A DNA stretch of 64,000 bases from Mizuhopecten yessoensis (lineage: Eukaryota): contig NW_018407075.1 of assembly GCF_002113885.1 (NCBI RefSeq), forward strand, positions 193,084 to 257,083, in the 5' to 3' direction. Below, in pieces: positions 12,873 through 42,533 of this stretch. Position numbers and translations under genes: made by a program. The number at the start of each line of letters is the position of its first letter. Within the stretch, counting starts at the first letter, position 1. A model generated the notes under the pieces. That model saw only the letters and a list, made by a program, of their open reading frames with translations, did no database searches and was not told the DNA's origin.

Positions 12873-14245
12873 AAACAAGAGGCTCAGGGGCCTTGGTAGC
12901 TCGTCTGGAATTTTCTATTTTGATTTAATACCTGTTGACTACTGTACACTTTTATCAAATAGTGCAAACACATAAGCTGTAGCAAGGACTAGGGGCATGC
13001 ATTACAATGCGGACATAGATATATTTGTTGTCAAAAGGTAGGGGATCTCAACTCTTTCCCATACCAAAGGGGTTAGGCGGAGCTCAAGTCCAATCCTAGT
13101 AACATGAAAGTAGTCATCTCTTAATGGCCACTAATTGTTTATTTTGTTATATGGTTGTTATCTGAACTGGTTCTATGTTATAAACCAAAAAATAAGCCAC
13201 AAGGGGTGGGGCTGGATCCCCATGCCAATTCTGGTAGCATGAATGAAGTTGTCTCACTTTAAGCCTAGCAGTTGTTTATGGTTATATGGATTGGATGTGA
13301 AATGTTGTCATATTATGACCATAGTAATAGGTCAAGGCCATTTTATTTTGCAAACTTTGTCAGGTAAAAAATCCCAGGAATTTTTAAACCAGTGTCAGGA
13401 CTCTAGACCTTTATTTTATTCGCAAGCTTGTATTACCCAACCTCTGGAAACTACCACCTAAATAGCATGAGTGTAGGTCTTTAGTTCTTCATCAGAAGTC
13501 ACTTGAGCTTTTGACACATATGACCTATAAGGCCTTGAAAGCAGTCCAATGTAAGTTTTGGTCGCAAAATTTATCTGCCTCTATCTCAGGAATTTATCAG
13601 CCAAATATCATGACCCTACGTCTTCTGCTTCCTCAGAATAAGTATTTTTTAAGTTTTTTGACATATTTTACTTCTGTTCCTGTGAAGTAGGTCAAGGTCG
13701 CTTTCTTTCAAAAACATTGACAGCCTCCTTCCCAGAAAGCTACATGTCAAATATCATGAATCTAAGCCTTTGTTTATTCAGAGCAAGTCGTTTGAAGAGT
13801 TTTACATCTCTCACCTCTGTGACCTTGAAAGTTTGTCAAGGTCAATTTTGTTCAAAAGTTTATTAGGCTTTGACAAAGGAAGCTTCCAGACAAAAACAAA
13901 TGCATCATGATTTTAGGTCTTTCGGTTCTGCAGAAGTTGTTTGAAGTTTTATGACATATTTGACCTCATTGACCTACAAAGGTCATTTTGTTAGCAAATT
14001 TTGTTGGGCTCAGTTAAAAATATCTTATGCATTTCTGTTCCTCAGAAGAAATTGTTTTGATTTTTTTACGTGTATATCCCAGTGAATTTGAGAGTAGGTC
14101 AGTCATTTTTTTGCAAACTTTGTTGGGCTCCATCCAAGCAAGCTTTCAGCCAAATATATAATGATTATAGGATTTCTGGTTCTTCAGAACAATTTGTTTG
14201 AAGTTTTTCACATGCTTGACCTCTGTGATCTTGAGAGTAAGTAAA
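12873..14245. mobile_element. Old HINE/pearl-like element with degenerate tandem units
   Basis: AAACAAGAGGCTCAGGGGCCTTG start and repeated TGACCTTGAAAG.AGGTCAAGGTC...AAATATCATGA blocks at 13300-14240. Confidence 0.55.
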
Positions 14246-14823
14246 GACTTCAGTGGTCTCCCTGCAGAATCCTGTTTTCCTTCTTTATCCATGGCTTAGG
14301 AGACATTGAAGCCTAACATAGGTAACCTACGCCTATTACAATAGGTTGAATCTATTGTTTTCATTCACTTTTTCTGAGTTTTTAATTTTTGTCTCTCTTG
14401 GTATCTATACTTAGGCCCATTTTCTGCCAGGAGATCATGTTGTGTTGATAGGTCATTAGACTCAATATATCACACCATGCTTTACATAGGTTTAAAAATA
14501 AATGGTGAAAAAGTGAAATCAGAAATGTTTCCAAAACCTTGATCAGGAAATCAGGTACTAGCAGTATGTTTCTGTTGTCATGTGTACTGAAAATAATAAG
14601 TCTCAAACGATCAAATTTCTTCTCAGTTTTATTACCCTTCCAATTCCATACAAATTATGACATTTTACATCTGTACATTTGTAAGCCCAGATAACATACT
14701 GGTCAGCTATTCCGAAGAACAATACTGGCCGTCACACTGATACAGCTGGGGCGAGTATACAGAGTTACAAACTAGGCCGACCACCGGTATCAACAGCACT
14801 ACAGAAGGCAAGTACGCCATCTC

Positions 14824-14914
14824 TTAGCCCTTTCACCACTGTAGACCATAATGGACTCATCCAGATCAATAAATAGTAGAGTTTACTAAAGTTACATAGG
14901 GGAGAAAGGGTTAA
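14824..14914. mobile_element. Short piggyBac-type MITE, family A
   Basis: CCCTTTCACCACTGTAGACCATAATGGACTCATCC...GGGGAGAAAGGG|TTAA. Confidence 0.75.
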
Positions 14915-16005
14915 CACTGTATATCAAATTTGATTTTAGTAGATAGAGAATAATGGTTCGTGTTACTCTCCAGTAGTAGACTTAAGGTAAATAGTACCAC
15001 TGCATCAGTTCCACTCAAACGATTTTTTGACCTGGAATATCCTCCCTTAGTTTAAAAGACGAAACAGCCAAAAGGATTTTTCTGGCTTAGAGTAACTTCC
15101 CCTGTCAGGCTTTTCATAAGCTTTGCAGAATCGTGACCCATAAAATGAACACTAATTTTTAATTTATATGACAAGATGGCACGATTGATATTACACAAGA
15201 TCTGTTTTGTACAGGTCCTCATGTTGCTTTTTTTTCTTTTTTTTTCTCAATTTCTTCTTTTCAAATATTCACATTTCTAACAAATATAATTCTGTAAACT
15301 CATAGCAACATATGAATTTTATGGAATACTTCTTTTGAAAAGGTCTTAAACAAACAACGGTAATAATATTGTTTAACTTGTTTGTACCCTTGTAGCAGTT
15401 TGGGTGGTACATCATCATAGACCTTGGTAGGATTACTACGCATTTTAACAAGTATGTTGAGTGGAAAAAGAAAAAAAGCAGTGTCTTTCAAATTAAATCA
15501 AACTAAAACAAACCTATTTTTCCAAACAATTATTATAAATGAAGTTTAATCCCAACTATATTTTTTGCATTTCAGGCCAATAAATACTAAACATTTTAAA
15601 ATGTGATGTTTCTTTTTAAAAACAGTATAGCAATAACAATTGTTCATATTGTGTCATGCAGTGTGTATTCCAACAAAAATGGGTTTTTTCGGGTTGGTTT
15701 AAAAAATGAAAGTCCTCCCATCTAGTCTTTCTAACTGCTTAAAATATTTAATGGCAATTCATACAAAAACCTCTCATGAAATAAGAAACAGAATCTTTCA
15801 ACATTTCTAATAGAGCATAAGAAAGGCAAATAGCATTTAGGACATTAAGACGAAAATGTAAGGTGTAAAATCAAGTAAGATCTGTAAGCAGGTATACATG
15901 TAATAAATAACAATGAATACTATATCCAGACTTTGTTTATGGAAAGGTGTTTCGGTGGAGGAGGAGATACAATGGTCGGTGTTAATATACAAAAGTACAT
16001 GAGAA

Positions 16006-16097
16006 TTAAGCTCATTCACCCCTACATATTTAAACTGGACTGGCCAAAATTTTGATTCGGTAAGGTTCAAATGTGACTTTAGGGGTGAATGGGTTAA
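16006..16097. mobile_element. Short piggyBac-type MITE, family B variant
   Basis: TTAA.CTCATTCACCCCTA...TAGGGGTGAATGGG|TTAA. Confidence 0.65.
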
Positions 16098-16399
16098 ATG
16101 ACTGTTTCAGTTTTGTAAACAAATGTAATTTAAGAGCCAGGCCTTCAATCAGACAAACTGGGAAACATTATATTAGGAATTTACCAGATCAAAAATACTA
16201 TACATAAAAAGATGGTGTAGATAAGCTCTAAAATGGATTATAACTACATACTTACAAACATTGTAGATACAGATTATTAACAATAACATTATAAAAATAC
16301 AATCTGATAAGAAAAAGATTCTTGTTTCAACCATAAGTCTTGTACCATTTAGACCTTCCCTAAATACTCAAACTCTGTGGTGCTAAGCATAGCTTACTT

Positions 16400-17250
16400 C
16401 AAATGCCTGTTTTGGACCTTTGCCCATATTTAGCAGAAAGTCCTGTCTAAAACATTAGCCAGTACTGAGCAAAGTGTCAGTCAGTGCTTAGAACAGTGTC
16501 CTATTTCGGACCTTGCGGCGTATTTAGCACAAAGTCATGCCTTGAACCTTAGCCAGTTCTTCGCACAAAGAACTGACTTTGACTGTGGCCAGTACTTAGG
16601 TAGTACAATGTCCTGAATTGAAACTTGGCCAGCGCTTAACAGAACCTCTTGTCTTTGACCCAGGCCAGTGCTTAGCACAAATTATTACAGTGAGCCTTGT
16701 CCAGTAAATAGCACAAAGTTCTGCCTCTGACCTTTGCCAGTACTTAGCACAATGTCCTGCCTTTGATCTTGGCCAGTGCTAACACAAAGTCCTGCCTTTA
16801 ACCTTGGCCAGCTGCTGTTGACCTTGCTAGTGCTAACACAAAGTCCTGTCTTTGACCTTGGCCAGTTCTTACACAAAGTCCTTCCTTTGACCTTGGCCAA
16901 CTGCTGTTGACCTTGGCCAGTGCTAACACCAAGTCCTGCCTTTGACCTTGGCCAGCAGCTGTTGACCTTGGCAAGTGCTAACACAAAGTCCTGCCTTTGA
17001 CCTTCTGCTGTTGACCTTGGCCAGTACTTACACAAAGTCCTGTCTTTGACCTTGGCCAGTGCTATCACAAAGCCCTGTCTTTGACCTTGGCCAGCTGCTA
17101 TTGACCTTGGCCAGTGTTAACACGAAGTCCTATTTTGGAACTTGGCCAGCAGTCAGGCTTTCATCAGTACAATATCCAGCCATATTAATTGCAGGAAGTA
17201 CATGGTATAAAATTCTGCCTTACACCACAGTACTTAGCACAAGAACCTCA
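16400..17250. repeat. Degenerate minisatellite, ~35-bp unit TTTGACCTTGGCCAGTGCTAACACAAAGTCCTGCC with ~19-bp variants
   Basis: Homogeneous core at 16720-17150 with decaying flanks. Confidence 0.9.
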
Positions 17251-17829
17251 TCTCATCAAATAGCTAAAAAAAATGCATAAATCATACATAGCATTTTCTA
17301 ATCATCTACCACTATTACATTGAAACAGACTTTTACATAACTGTAGCTCCTATACACAGACCATAATGCTCACTAAACCAAGACGAAAACAACGTTAGCT
17401 GTAGGGTTTATACCGAGGTACAATGTACAGCCAATGTAGGGAAATCAGCTTTTAGATGCCATGCAAGTAGTAGGCAGTTACTAAATTAGATGGAAATTCA
17501 TAGTTTTCATGAATTTTCATTTCTTCTAATGTTTGTTTGTTTGAAAATACAAATGCTATGACAATTAAACCAAAATTTGTGTATGCAAAATATAGAAATG
17601 TTGTATTTTTATGGGATTGAGAATTAACCAGTATCTATATTTCACCTTTGCAATTAGTTTTCAATATATATATATATCAACATTGTAAAACACTAAGTAA
17701 TATGCTTCACAAAATTAATATACAGCTATTTATTGACATTATGTGGAATCAAACTATTGTACAACTAACACCTATATTTTATATTGGTTTTTAATCAGGA
17801 ACTAGTTCAATTAAGTGTAATTCACTTAA

Positions 17830-18190
17830 GGATCCCTGACCCACTGCACTGTATATATTATTTTTTATATACAGTAACCTCCTCTTAATTTCATGTTGGA
17901 CATTTGGACCCGGACAATTCTGTTGACCAGGTAGCTAAGTCAGTTAGAGCAAGAGTACAAAAGTCTGACATTAATGATTCGAACCCCCACCTAGCAACGC
18001 TGAATTTTTACACTCAGAACACAGTTTTTGATTATGTTTTATTTATTTCTTCTTTATAATTTTTTCATAAACATTCTGCTATGACATGTATGGTTTTCTT
18101 TTCAGATTATTTTTTTAAAAGCTAAAGTCATTCAGGAAAAAATAAATTTCCAATATATAGATTAAATTCTTGACAGTGGAACAGGGACCC
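17830..18190 (+). mobile_element. TTAA-flanked (Kolobok-type) MITE carrying a tRNA-like cassette
   Basis: TTAA|GGATCCCTG...CAGGGACCC|TTAA, with internal GACCAGGTAGCTAAGTCAGTTAGAGC...GATTCGAACCC. Confidence 0.7.
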
Positions 18191-19970
18191 TTAACGAAGG
18201 ATTAGTAATTAACAAAAGTTAAAGTTTCAATTCATGTAAAGTTTATTCTTACTTAGTAAATACAAACACAAAATGCATGTTGAGTTTTAAAATCATCACT
18301 ATAAAACAAAAGCCATGAACATTTACACATTTGTAACGAGATAAGAATATATTTACAAATTTGAAAACATGTTTGAAAAAAAAAAAAATGTGAAAAGACT
18401 GACTTGTCATTCAAGTTATTAGAATCTGATTACAATGAACACTAAAATCTGTCCATAATCAATGTCAATTTCATAACATAAATTTGGTCACATTGGACTC
18501 ATTCCTACCTGCAACACATGGAAACGTTTATGAACCAATTCCAAGATTTGATTCATAAACGAATTTTACAACAAATTTTATTCATTGCATTCTATATGAT
18601 CAATATGCCTCCAAAAAACGTGTTCCTTCAAGATTTTTTAATGACAAATAATTTCATTCAAAAACGATTTTCAACCAAAACTTTTCCTGACCAATACAGA
18701 TGAAATGAACGGAAAAATAAAATTGTGAAGTTACAAAAGAAACAGCTTGTTAACAGTTTTGTACTGTCATATTTGTAACATATACAATTATCAGCACCAA
18801 AAATGTGTTGCTAGGTAACAATGTGTACTTATATTAATTTAAGTTAAACTAATAAGCAAGTCCACAGCTAAATACTTCAAACATCAGGTCGGTTTCAAAA
18901 AAATGTATTCCTATAATTGATGATTTCTAAGAATAATTGATGATTTCTTAAGAAATGCTTTTCCCCCAGCAGGTCTTGTATGTAAAATTAAAAAAAATAT
19001 CTTTCTTAACTTAACCAATTTTGAAGCTAATTATATAAACTTTTATCTTATTACCTCATGTCTTACTTTACCATCTAACTTGAAAACTAAAGTCTGTACA
19101 ATGCCACTATTGTCATTGGTTCTTAGATTACAAACCGGAGCATGCAACTGTAAATTTAATCTTGATGGATCATACCAGAGGTGAAGGCTAAAAACGTTTG
19201 AGGCGCTTTTTACAGGCTTTACATCAAGAGGTGAAGGACGGACTCAAAGGTTAATAGCATACCATCTGTTTAACAAAGGTTAATAGCATATAACTTAAAG
19301 ATAATCAGGAAATATTCAATAAGCATGTGGCATTGACTCTCCTTTACAGTGAATATAACTATACCCAATAATGGAACTCAGTACCTGAACAAACCATTCT
19401 CAAAAAGTAATGCCCACAAATAGACTAAATTCTACAAAACACATCCGACATAATTTCTACGTGTTGTTTCTTATCAAAATACTAAATTCTATACAAAACA
19501 CTGGAGTATTTAACAGATCTTGTATTGCCTGAAGTAATAAATCATCAATTTTGCTCAAATTTCAAATTTTTTTTGCATCAGAAAATTTGGAAATATTAAA
19601 TAATTTTTGGTTTCCAAACATAAAAGTCCATTGTACATTAATTTTCTGGTATATCAGAATGTCGGAGCCAATCATAAAAGTGATTATACCAGATGATTTT
19701 CAACAAATTCATTATCATCATTATCCTGCAATAAGCTAAGTGGCCAACAAATGATCTCTAGCTAGGGTTATCACAGGACAGTGAAATAACATTTGTTGGC
19801 TTTTCTACTGAACTGCAACAGATACAGGTACAGGTAGGTTTATTATCCGACATTTACTGCCACATAGATACGGTCATTCACATGATGTCTTATAAAGAAT
19901 GAAACAAGGAAACTTCTTTATTTAAGTCTTCTGTAGTTTGATGCATGTTAATTGGTAGGTTGGAAAAATA

Positions 19971-20061
19971 TTAACCCTTTCACCACCGTAGATCATGATG
20001 GACTCATCCATATCAATGCATTGAAGGGTCTACTAAAGTTACATAGGGGTGAAAGGGTTAA
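19971..20061. mobile_element. Short piggyBac-type MITE, family A
   Basis: TTAA|CCCTTTCACC...GGTGAAAGGG|TTAA with perfect TIRs. Confidence 0.8.
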
Positions 20062-21669
20062 CACTACAACACCGAATGGGACATTGGTTCATAGGACAAT
20101 TTCCAATATTTTCATCTTGACCAGTTATACTGAATCATCACAAAAGGTACCTACACACCAGACTGGACACAGGACATTGTATTCAGCACTGTTCAACTCT
20201 TGAAATGTTTTTCTTTTCACAAAATGTTAAGGATATATGCTATTTTTACTGGGACTGAATCTCCTCTTCCAAAAGAGTTCCGAACTCAACAAAAAACCTT
20301 AAAATAATCTTATAGTAGTAATTTGGATTTTGTTAATTAATTGACGACACATGTCATGTGTATACAAAGCATATACACAGATTTTTTCCTGCTATTAAAC
20401 TGAGTGTTCAAGGGAGATAAATAATTTAATTGAGGGGAGATAACTTAATTTACAGATATGTCTTGGGTAGCATGTATCCTTAGTGTTTCGTTTTACAATT
20501 GCTTACAAAAGCACTTACTCGCTGAGGTTCAACTCCATGAATTGGTCCAAATTGTGTAAGTTTCCTAACTACGATATATATTGCATATGAATTAAAACTG
20601 TTATGAAAATCACAAAAAAAAGAAAAATCATTACACATGGCCATGCATGTAGGCGTATTGACGCAGAAAAATGGATTTACACACAAAAACAGCCTATCTG
20701 TCTTCGTCTTCAAATTTGTTTATCTCTTTTCATACACAAACACCGGAATAATTCATACATCACCTTTTTGTAAAGCTTAAGCACTTCTACCTATAAATTG
20801 TCCATGACCCATCTCATATCATGTTTAAAGAAACTACACATGTGTTATGATTAATCATGGATTAACAGATTTGTTCTAATTATTACTTATGTTTTAAAAG
20901 ATAATTTTTTCATGTAAATTTGAATTAATCAATATTGTTTGTGAACAATTTCTTATGTGTAAAACATGCATGTTGAGTGAAATATGATTTAATCTCCTCA
21001 AAAACAAGTACAAAAATGACAATCAGCAAAATCTAGACAGTGTGCATGGAATATAAGTGATCTACAGTCATTAAAACTAAAAAGCCTACATAATTGGACA
21101 GTTCTGTTAAAACACCTGGGAATAGCAATCATCTTTGGCATTTAATATTTTTTCCTTCCAGAATTTAGTCATGCAGTCTGAATTTATAAATTTACAATGA
21201 ATTTTGTAAGTGAAATATGCCAACCTTACTCTTGTATATATGTAGATGTTTACATCATTTATCCTACATACTAAAGGTAGGCTTTACAGTGAACTTTTAC
21301 ACCAACTTACGCCCACACAGTGGGGAACTCACCTGTCAAATAAATCCGTGAATAATCAAATCTCATACATTAACCAAGTGAACATTTTTTTTTACCAACA
21401 ATTAAAATTTATCTGATATAAACAAACCTGTCAAAGAAAAGCAGTTATTTCCTTGCATAACGTGTACCTCCTTTTGGCTTGCACTCATTAATAGTTTGAG
21501 TTGATCCTAGTTCAGTGAAAAAACAGGTAGTATTGTATAATGTGATCCCTACAGTGTAGGCTCAGTAGATTCTGGTTTTCAGACACATTCGTCATTTATT
21601 TTACTGATAGATGCCACAAAGTTGTCCAACACATCGAACTGACACACACAGGACTAGGTAGCCAATCAT

Positions 21670-22445
21670 AACGGTTACCAGTTTGGATCAGTCAAACCCA
21701 GGACTAACCCTAGCGGTTACAAGTTATTACCCAGGACTACCCCGACAGGTTACCAGTTATTACCCAGGACTAACCCGACAGGTTACAAGATATAACCCTG
21801 GAATAACCCTACTGGTTACCAGTTTCGATCAGTCAAACCCAGGACTAACCCTACAGGTTACCAGTTTGGATCAGTCAAACCCAGGACTAACCCGACAGGT
21901 TACAAGATATTACCCTGGAATAACCCTACAGATTACCAGTTTGGATCAGTCAAACCCAAGACTAACCCTAGTGGTTACCAGTTATTACCCAGGACTAACC
22001 CTAGTGGTTACCAGTTATTACCCAGGACTAACCCTAGTGGTACCCAGTTATTACCCAGGACCAACCCAACAGGTTACAAGATATTACCCTGGAATAACCC
22101 TACAGGTTACCAGTTTGGATCAGTCAAACCCAGGACTAACCCTAGCGGTTACCAGTTATTAACCAGGACTAACCTGACAGGTTACCAGTCGGGAACAGTC
22201 ATCACCCATGACTAACCCTAGTGGTTACCAGACATTAACCTGGAATAACCCTACATGTAACCAGATGGGAACAGTCATTACCCAGGACTAACCCTACTAG
22301 TTACCAGACATTACCCTGGAATAACCCTACAGGTAACCAGATGGGAACAGTCATTACCGAGGACTAACTCTACTGGTTACCTGTCATTACCCTGGAATAA
22401 CCCTACAGGTTTCCAGTCGGGAACAGTCGTTACCCAGGACTTACT
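21670..22445. repeat. Compound minisatellite of 33- and 42-bp units (GGTTACCAG...CCCAGGACTAACCCTA)
   Basis: About 20 units, explaining the repetitive ORF 21683-22162. A weaker CCATCTGT repeat follows to ~22670. Confidence 0.93.
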
Positions 22446-23109
22446 TTACCCGCTATGGATCTGTTTGACAAACACCATCTGTCTAACAGACACCATTATC
22501 ATACAGTACATATATACATGTCTGACAGACACCATCTGTTCTACAGATCCATCTTTACCAACAAACACTACTGGCATACACACACCCATTTAAAAGATAC
22601 CATTTGTCATATACATCTGTCCAACAGAACCCATCTGTCCAACAGAACCCATATACCCAACACAATTTGACCTCTGACACCAAGCTACCAAAACAGCATT
22701 TCCTTACTTAGATGGTGATAGTTAAATATTAATGATTTTACATGACTTGATAGATATTACAGCTTTGCTTTTCTACTTACAGATTTTCAGTTTGAAATCT
22801 TACGATCCTCAGAGAAGGTGTAAATACAACTAATTATATCACTTAATATTAATAGTTCATAAAAAATCTGAAAACTACAGGATGTATACATCATGGATAT
22901 ATATACACTTATCAAAGTAAAATTAAAACTATCATGACAACTGTTCGTCGATCATGTACATCCATAAAACTACATCTCTTCTCTGAAAAATCAGCCAATG
23001 AAAAGCCTTGTATCTTCAATGTAATGGCTTCTCCACTTCAGTAATGTCCAATAGCAGGTTGATTTGTAAGAAATGCTGTGCTTGGCCAGTCACACACATA
23101 CATCATCCA

Positions 23110-28992
<5,883 letters not shown>

Positions 28993-29428
28993 CTTCACTG
29001 TCCGCCATTAAAATATGCACATAATTTTAGGGACGAAAATACGGAACAAAATATCCGGAATTAAACCAAAAAACGAAACACTTTATATGATAGTCTTTTT
29101 AACAGTATTGATGTGTTCTTTTTCATATCATCTGACGTAAAATCTTAAAGGAACAGAAAATAAAATGTTATCACCTTTTTTACTTTACATTATCAGCTAA
29201 AGTGAATTCAGTTTTTCGAAGTATAAATTGAAATATAAGATAGTAGATTGGCTACCAGAATCTATGTATTCATATAAAAAATGTTGATTGTTTGTTTAGG
29301 TCCTAGGTTAATATCTAAGTCCATGGTGTATGAATTTGACGAAATTAGTAAATTTCCTCAAAAATATACCGGAAATATCTTACCGCTTCTTGATATTAGT
29401 ATGAACGTTTATATTCCTAAAATCCAAC
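28993..29428. promoter_or_regulatory. Bidirectional promoter between DDA1 and COPS2
   Basis: Divergent start codons are 436 bp apart. ETS cores CCGGAA at ~29055 and ~29369, TGACGT at ~29133, and a YY1-like AATGGCGG on the minus strand at ~29002-29009. Confidence 0.75.
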
Positions 29429-40278
<10,850 letters not shown>

Positions 40279-41281
40279 CACAACTGACCACCAACAAGTG
40301 ATCTAGACTGACCATTGGGTCTTATAAATTATTGATGCCATTAAACCAGATTTATCCCGTGAATTTAGAAAATCTGGCTCAAATGGCTTTCTTACATCTT
40401 CGTGAAGTAGATGTGTAAACCCAATATTTTGGTGTTGAAGGTTGAATAAATGTGGTAATTAAAACTTCTTGCCACGATTTTATTGGATTTGTATTAAAAC
40501 AAATGAAAGACATTTGGAAGCTTAAAGGCCACAGTTTGTATTACGGAAGACAATTGATTGCCAAGTCTAACTAATTATTTAAACATTAGTTTTTGTGAGA
40601 ATTGACCAAGAACGATCATTTAAAAATTGTTTCTCGTAAATGGATATTTGTTTGTGCTGAGTTGTTGAGAAATGTTATTGTATTTGTAAATGATTTACAA
40701 ATTGTGTATCTAACTAAGAGCTGCTTCCACTAGGAGGATTTAAATACTCTGCATCGGCTGTATCTATTTCACCAGAAAATGATCTACACAAGCTATTCCG
40801 GTGATGTGTGTATAGAACCTTGTTATCGGGACTCTGTTTATACTTTCTAAATTATATTAGGATTTATTTTCAGTTACGAGGATTTATTTTTTGTCTGGAG
40901 TCTGGAGAATCAAGGTGCTACTATACACAAAAATTTAAACAAAGTGTGTGGACTAAAAAGAGTTCAGTATTTACAAAGCTGAAAACTATGGACTTACAAG
41001 ATTGCCGTGTACTCTGGAACCTTAATGTCTGGAATGATGAATATCCAGTTTGCACACAAGCCCAAGTGTTTGGACTAGCGGAGATCTACTGGTACAAACA
41101 AGCCGGAGTGTCCAGTTTATTAAAATCCACTGGTACACACAGGACACATGTCTGGACTACAAAGTTCCACTGTACATACAAGCCTTACTAGGGAGCTTCT
41201 ACGATATTCAGTACTAAAGATATTGTAGACATGAGATCATGACGCCAAACTACCAAGATCTTGTATGTGTACAGTTATAAA

Positions 41282-41287
41282 AATAAA
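41282..41287 (+). terminator. Candidate polyadenylation signal of COPS2
   Basis: AATAAA about 1 kb after the stop codon. A proximal AATAAA also lies at 40445-40450. Confidence 0.45.
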
Positions 41288-41859
41288 CATTTTACACAAA
41301 CAAAAACAAACAAAATCTATTATTTTTTATTCAAAGGTGAAAATGAATTAATGAATTTAAAGCCCTTTAGATAAATCAATTTTAAGAATTGAGAGCATTC
41401 TTAAAGAAGTTTTGTTATTCATAGACCTGAAGTTTGTGGTCTTCATGCAGCAATTAATTGCTAAATAAGTTTGTGGACTGCCGACTCTATATATCAGTTA
41501 ATAGAAATAACATGAGCCTGAGAAGGGCTTGATTTACAATAAACAGTTGATCTTTATACAAACATTGCGCTGGCTGAAGGTACCTGCAGGTCGACACAGA
41601 CCAGCTATTTCACCCACTTCGACTGAACTGGCTTGCACTTACATGTACGTTTGACAGATTTGGTGGCCATTTAATTTGTGTCCACGAGTTCATACCTTGA
41701 TGACTATTCACTGCATTTATGGTTCTAGCCAGCTGCCACTTGTACTCTATGTTTTATAAACTTCAAAAGAAATCAACTGGTTTGGTAATGTCACCTCAGT
41801 TTTCACCACTAGTGTATTAAAGTTTAACTAGCATTTGGACATTTCCCATATGCATTCAG

Positions 41860-41949
41860 TCAACTCCTTCACCCCTGAAATTTGATAATGGACTAATCAA
41901 ACATTTCTATTGGAAGTGTTAAAACGTGTCTTCAGGTTGAATTAGTTAA
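41860..41949. mobile_element. Short piggyBac-type MITE, family B, diverged
   Basis: CTCCTTCACCCCTGAAATTT...AAACGTGTCTTCAGG...AG|TTAA. Confidence 0.65.
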
Positions 41950-42442
41950 AATTGGCAAGTTAAAGCAGATTGAAGTTTCAGTAACAACAAAACTAAAATA
42001 ACGGATGTAGTAAGTTTTATTTTAGTTTATAAACAATATGAAAAATTATCATTACAATAATTCTGTACAAATATGAGTTTAAAAAAGTACAATACTGAGG
42101 CTAGGAATGTTCCTATGTAATATCACAGTTAGTGTGGAGTGAATGTTTTATTTACTAAATACAGGTGCCACGGAATAGCAACAGGAAATGGAGATACAAT
42201 AATTTAATTTCAATACATGTACAATATTTCAAAAAATATCAATCAGTTGAGATTACTTTTTGTTGAAACTTGATTGAATGTCACCATACCTTTTATTGTT
42301 GATCAATTACCAAATGTGCAGTATTCAGTACAACAGTGTAAACATGTTACGATAAAAACTGCTAAGGGTGTCGTAAACAAATGTCACTGAGGTCATGTTT
42401 CTATTGAAGAGAGAATGCTAGGACTCTTAACATGGAACCAAC

Positions 42443-42533
42443 TTAACTCATTTACCCCTGAAGACACATTTGAACTCTTCCAATTCAAAGGTTGGAATAG
42501 TTCATTAAGAAATTTCAGGGGTGAATGAGTTAA
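42443..42533. mobile_element. Short piggyBac-type MITE, family B (inverted relative to 26478)
   Basis: Near-exact reverse complement of 26478-26568. Confidence 0.8.

Noticed and set aside
21683-22162. 159-aa repetitive ORF as a protein-coding gene
   Set aside because: It arises from minisatellite units that are multiples of 3, has a non-ATG start, and lacks splice or promoter support.
40808-41191. 127-aa ORF after COPS2
   Set aside because: It lies in the presumed 3'UTR over weakly repetitive sequence, has a GTG start and shows no recognisable motif.
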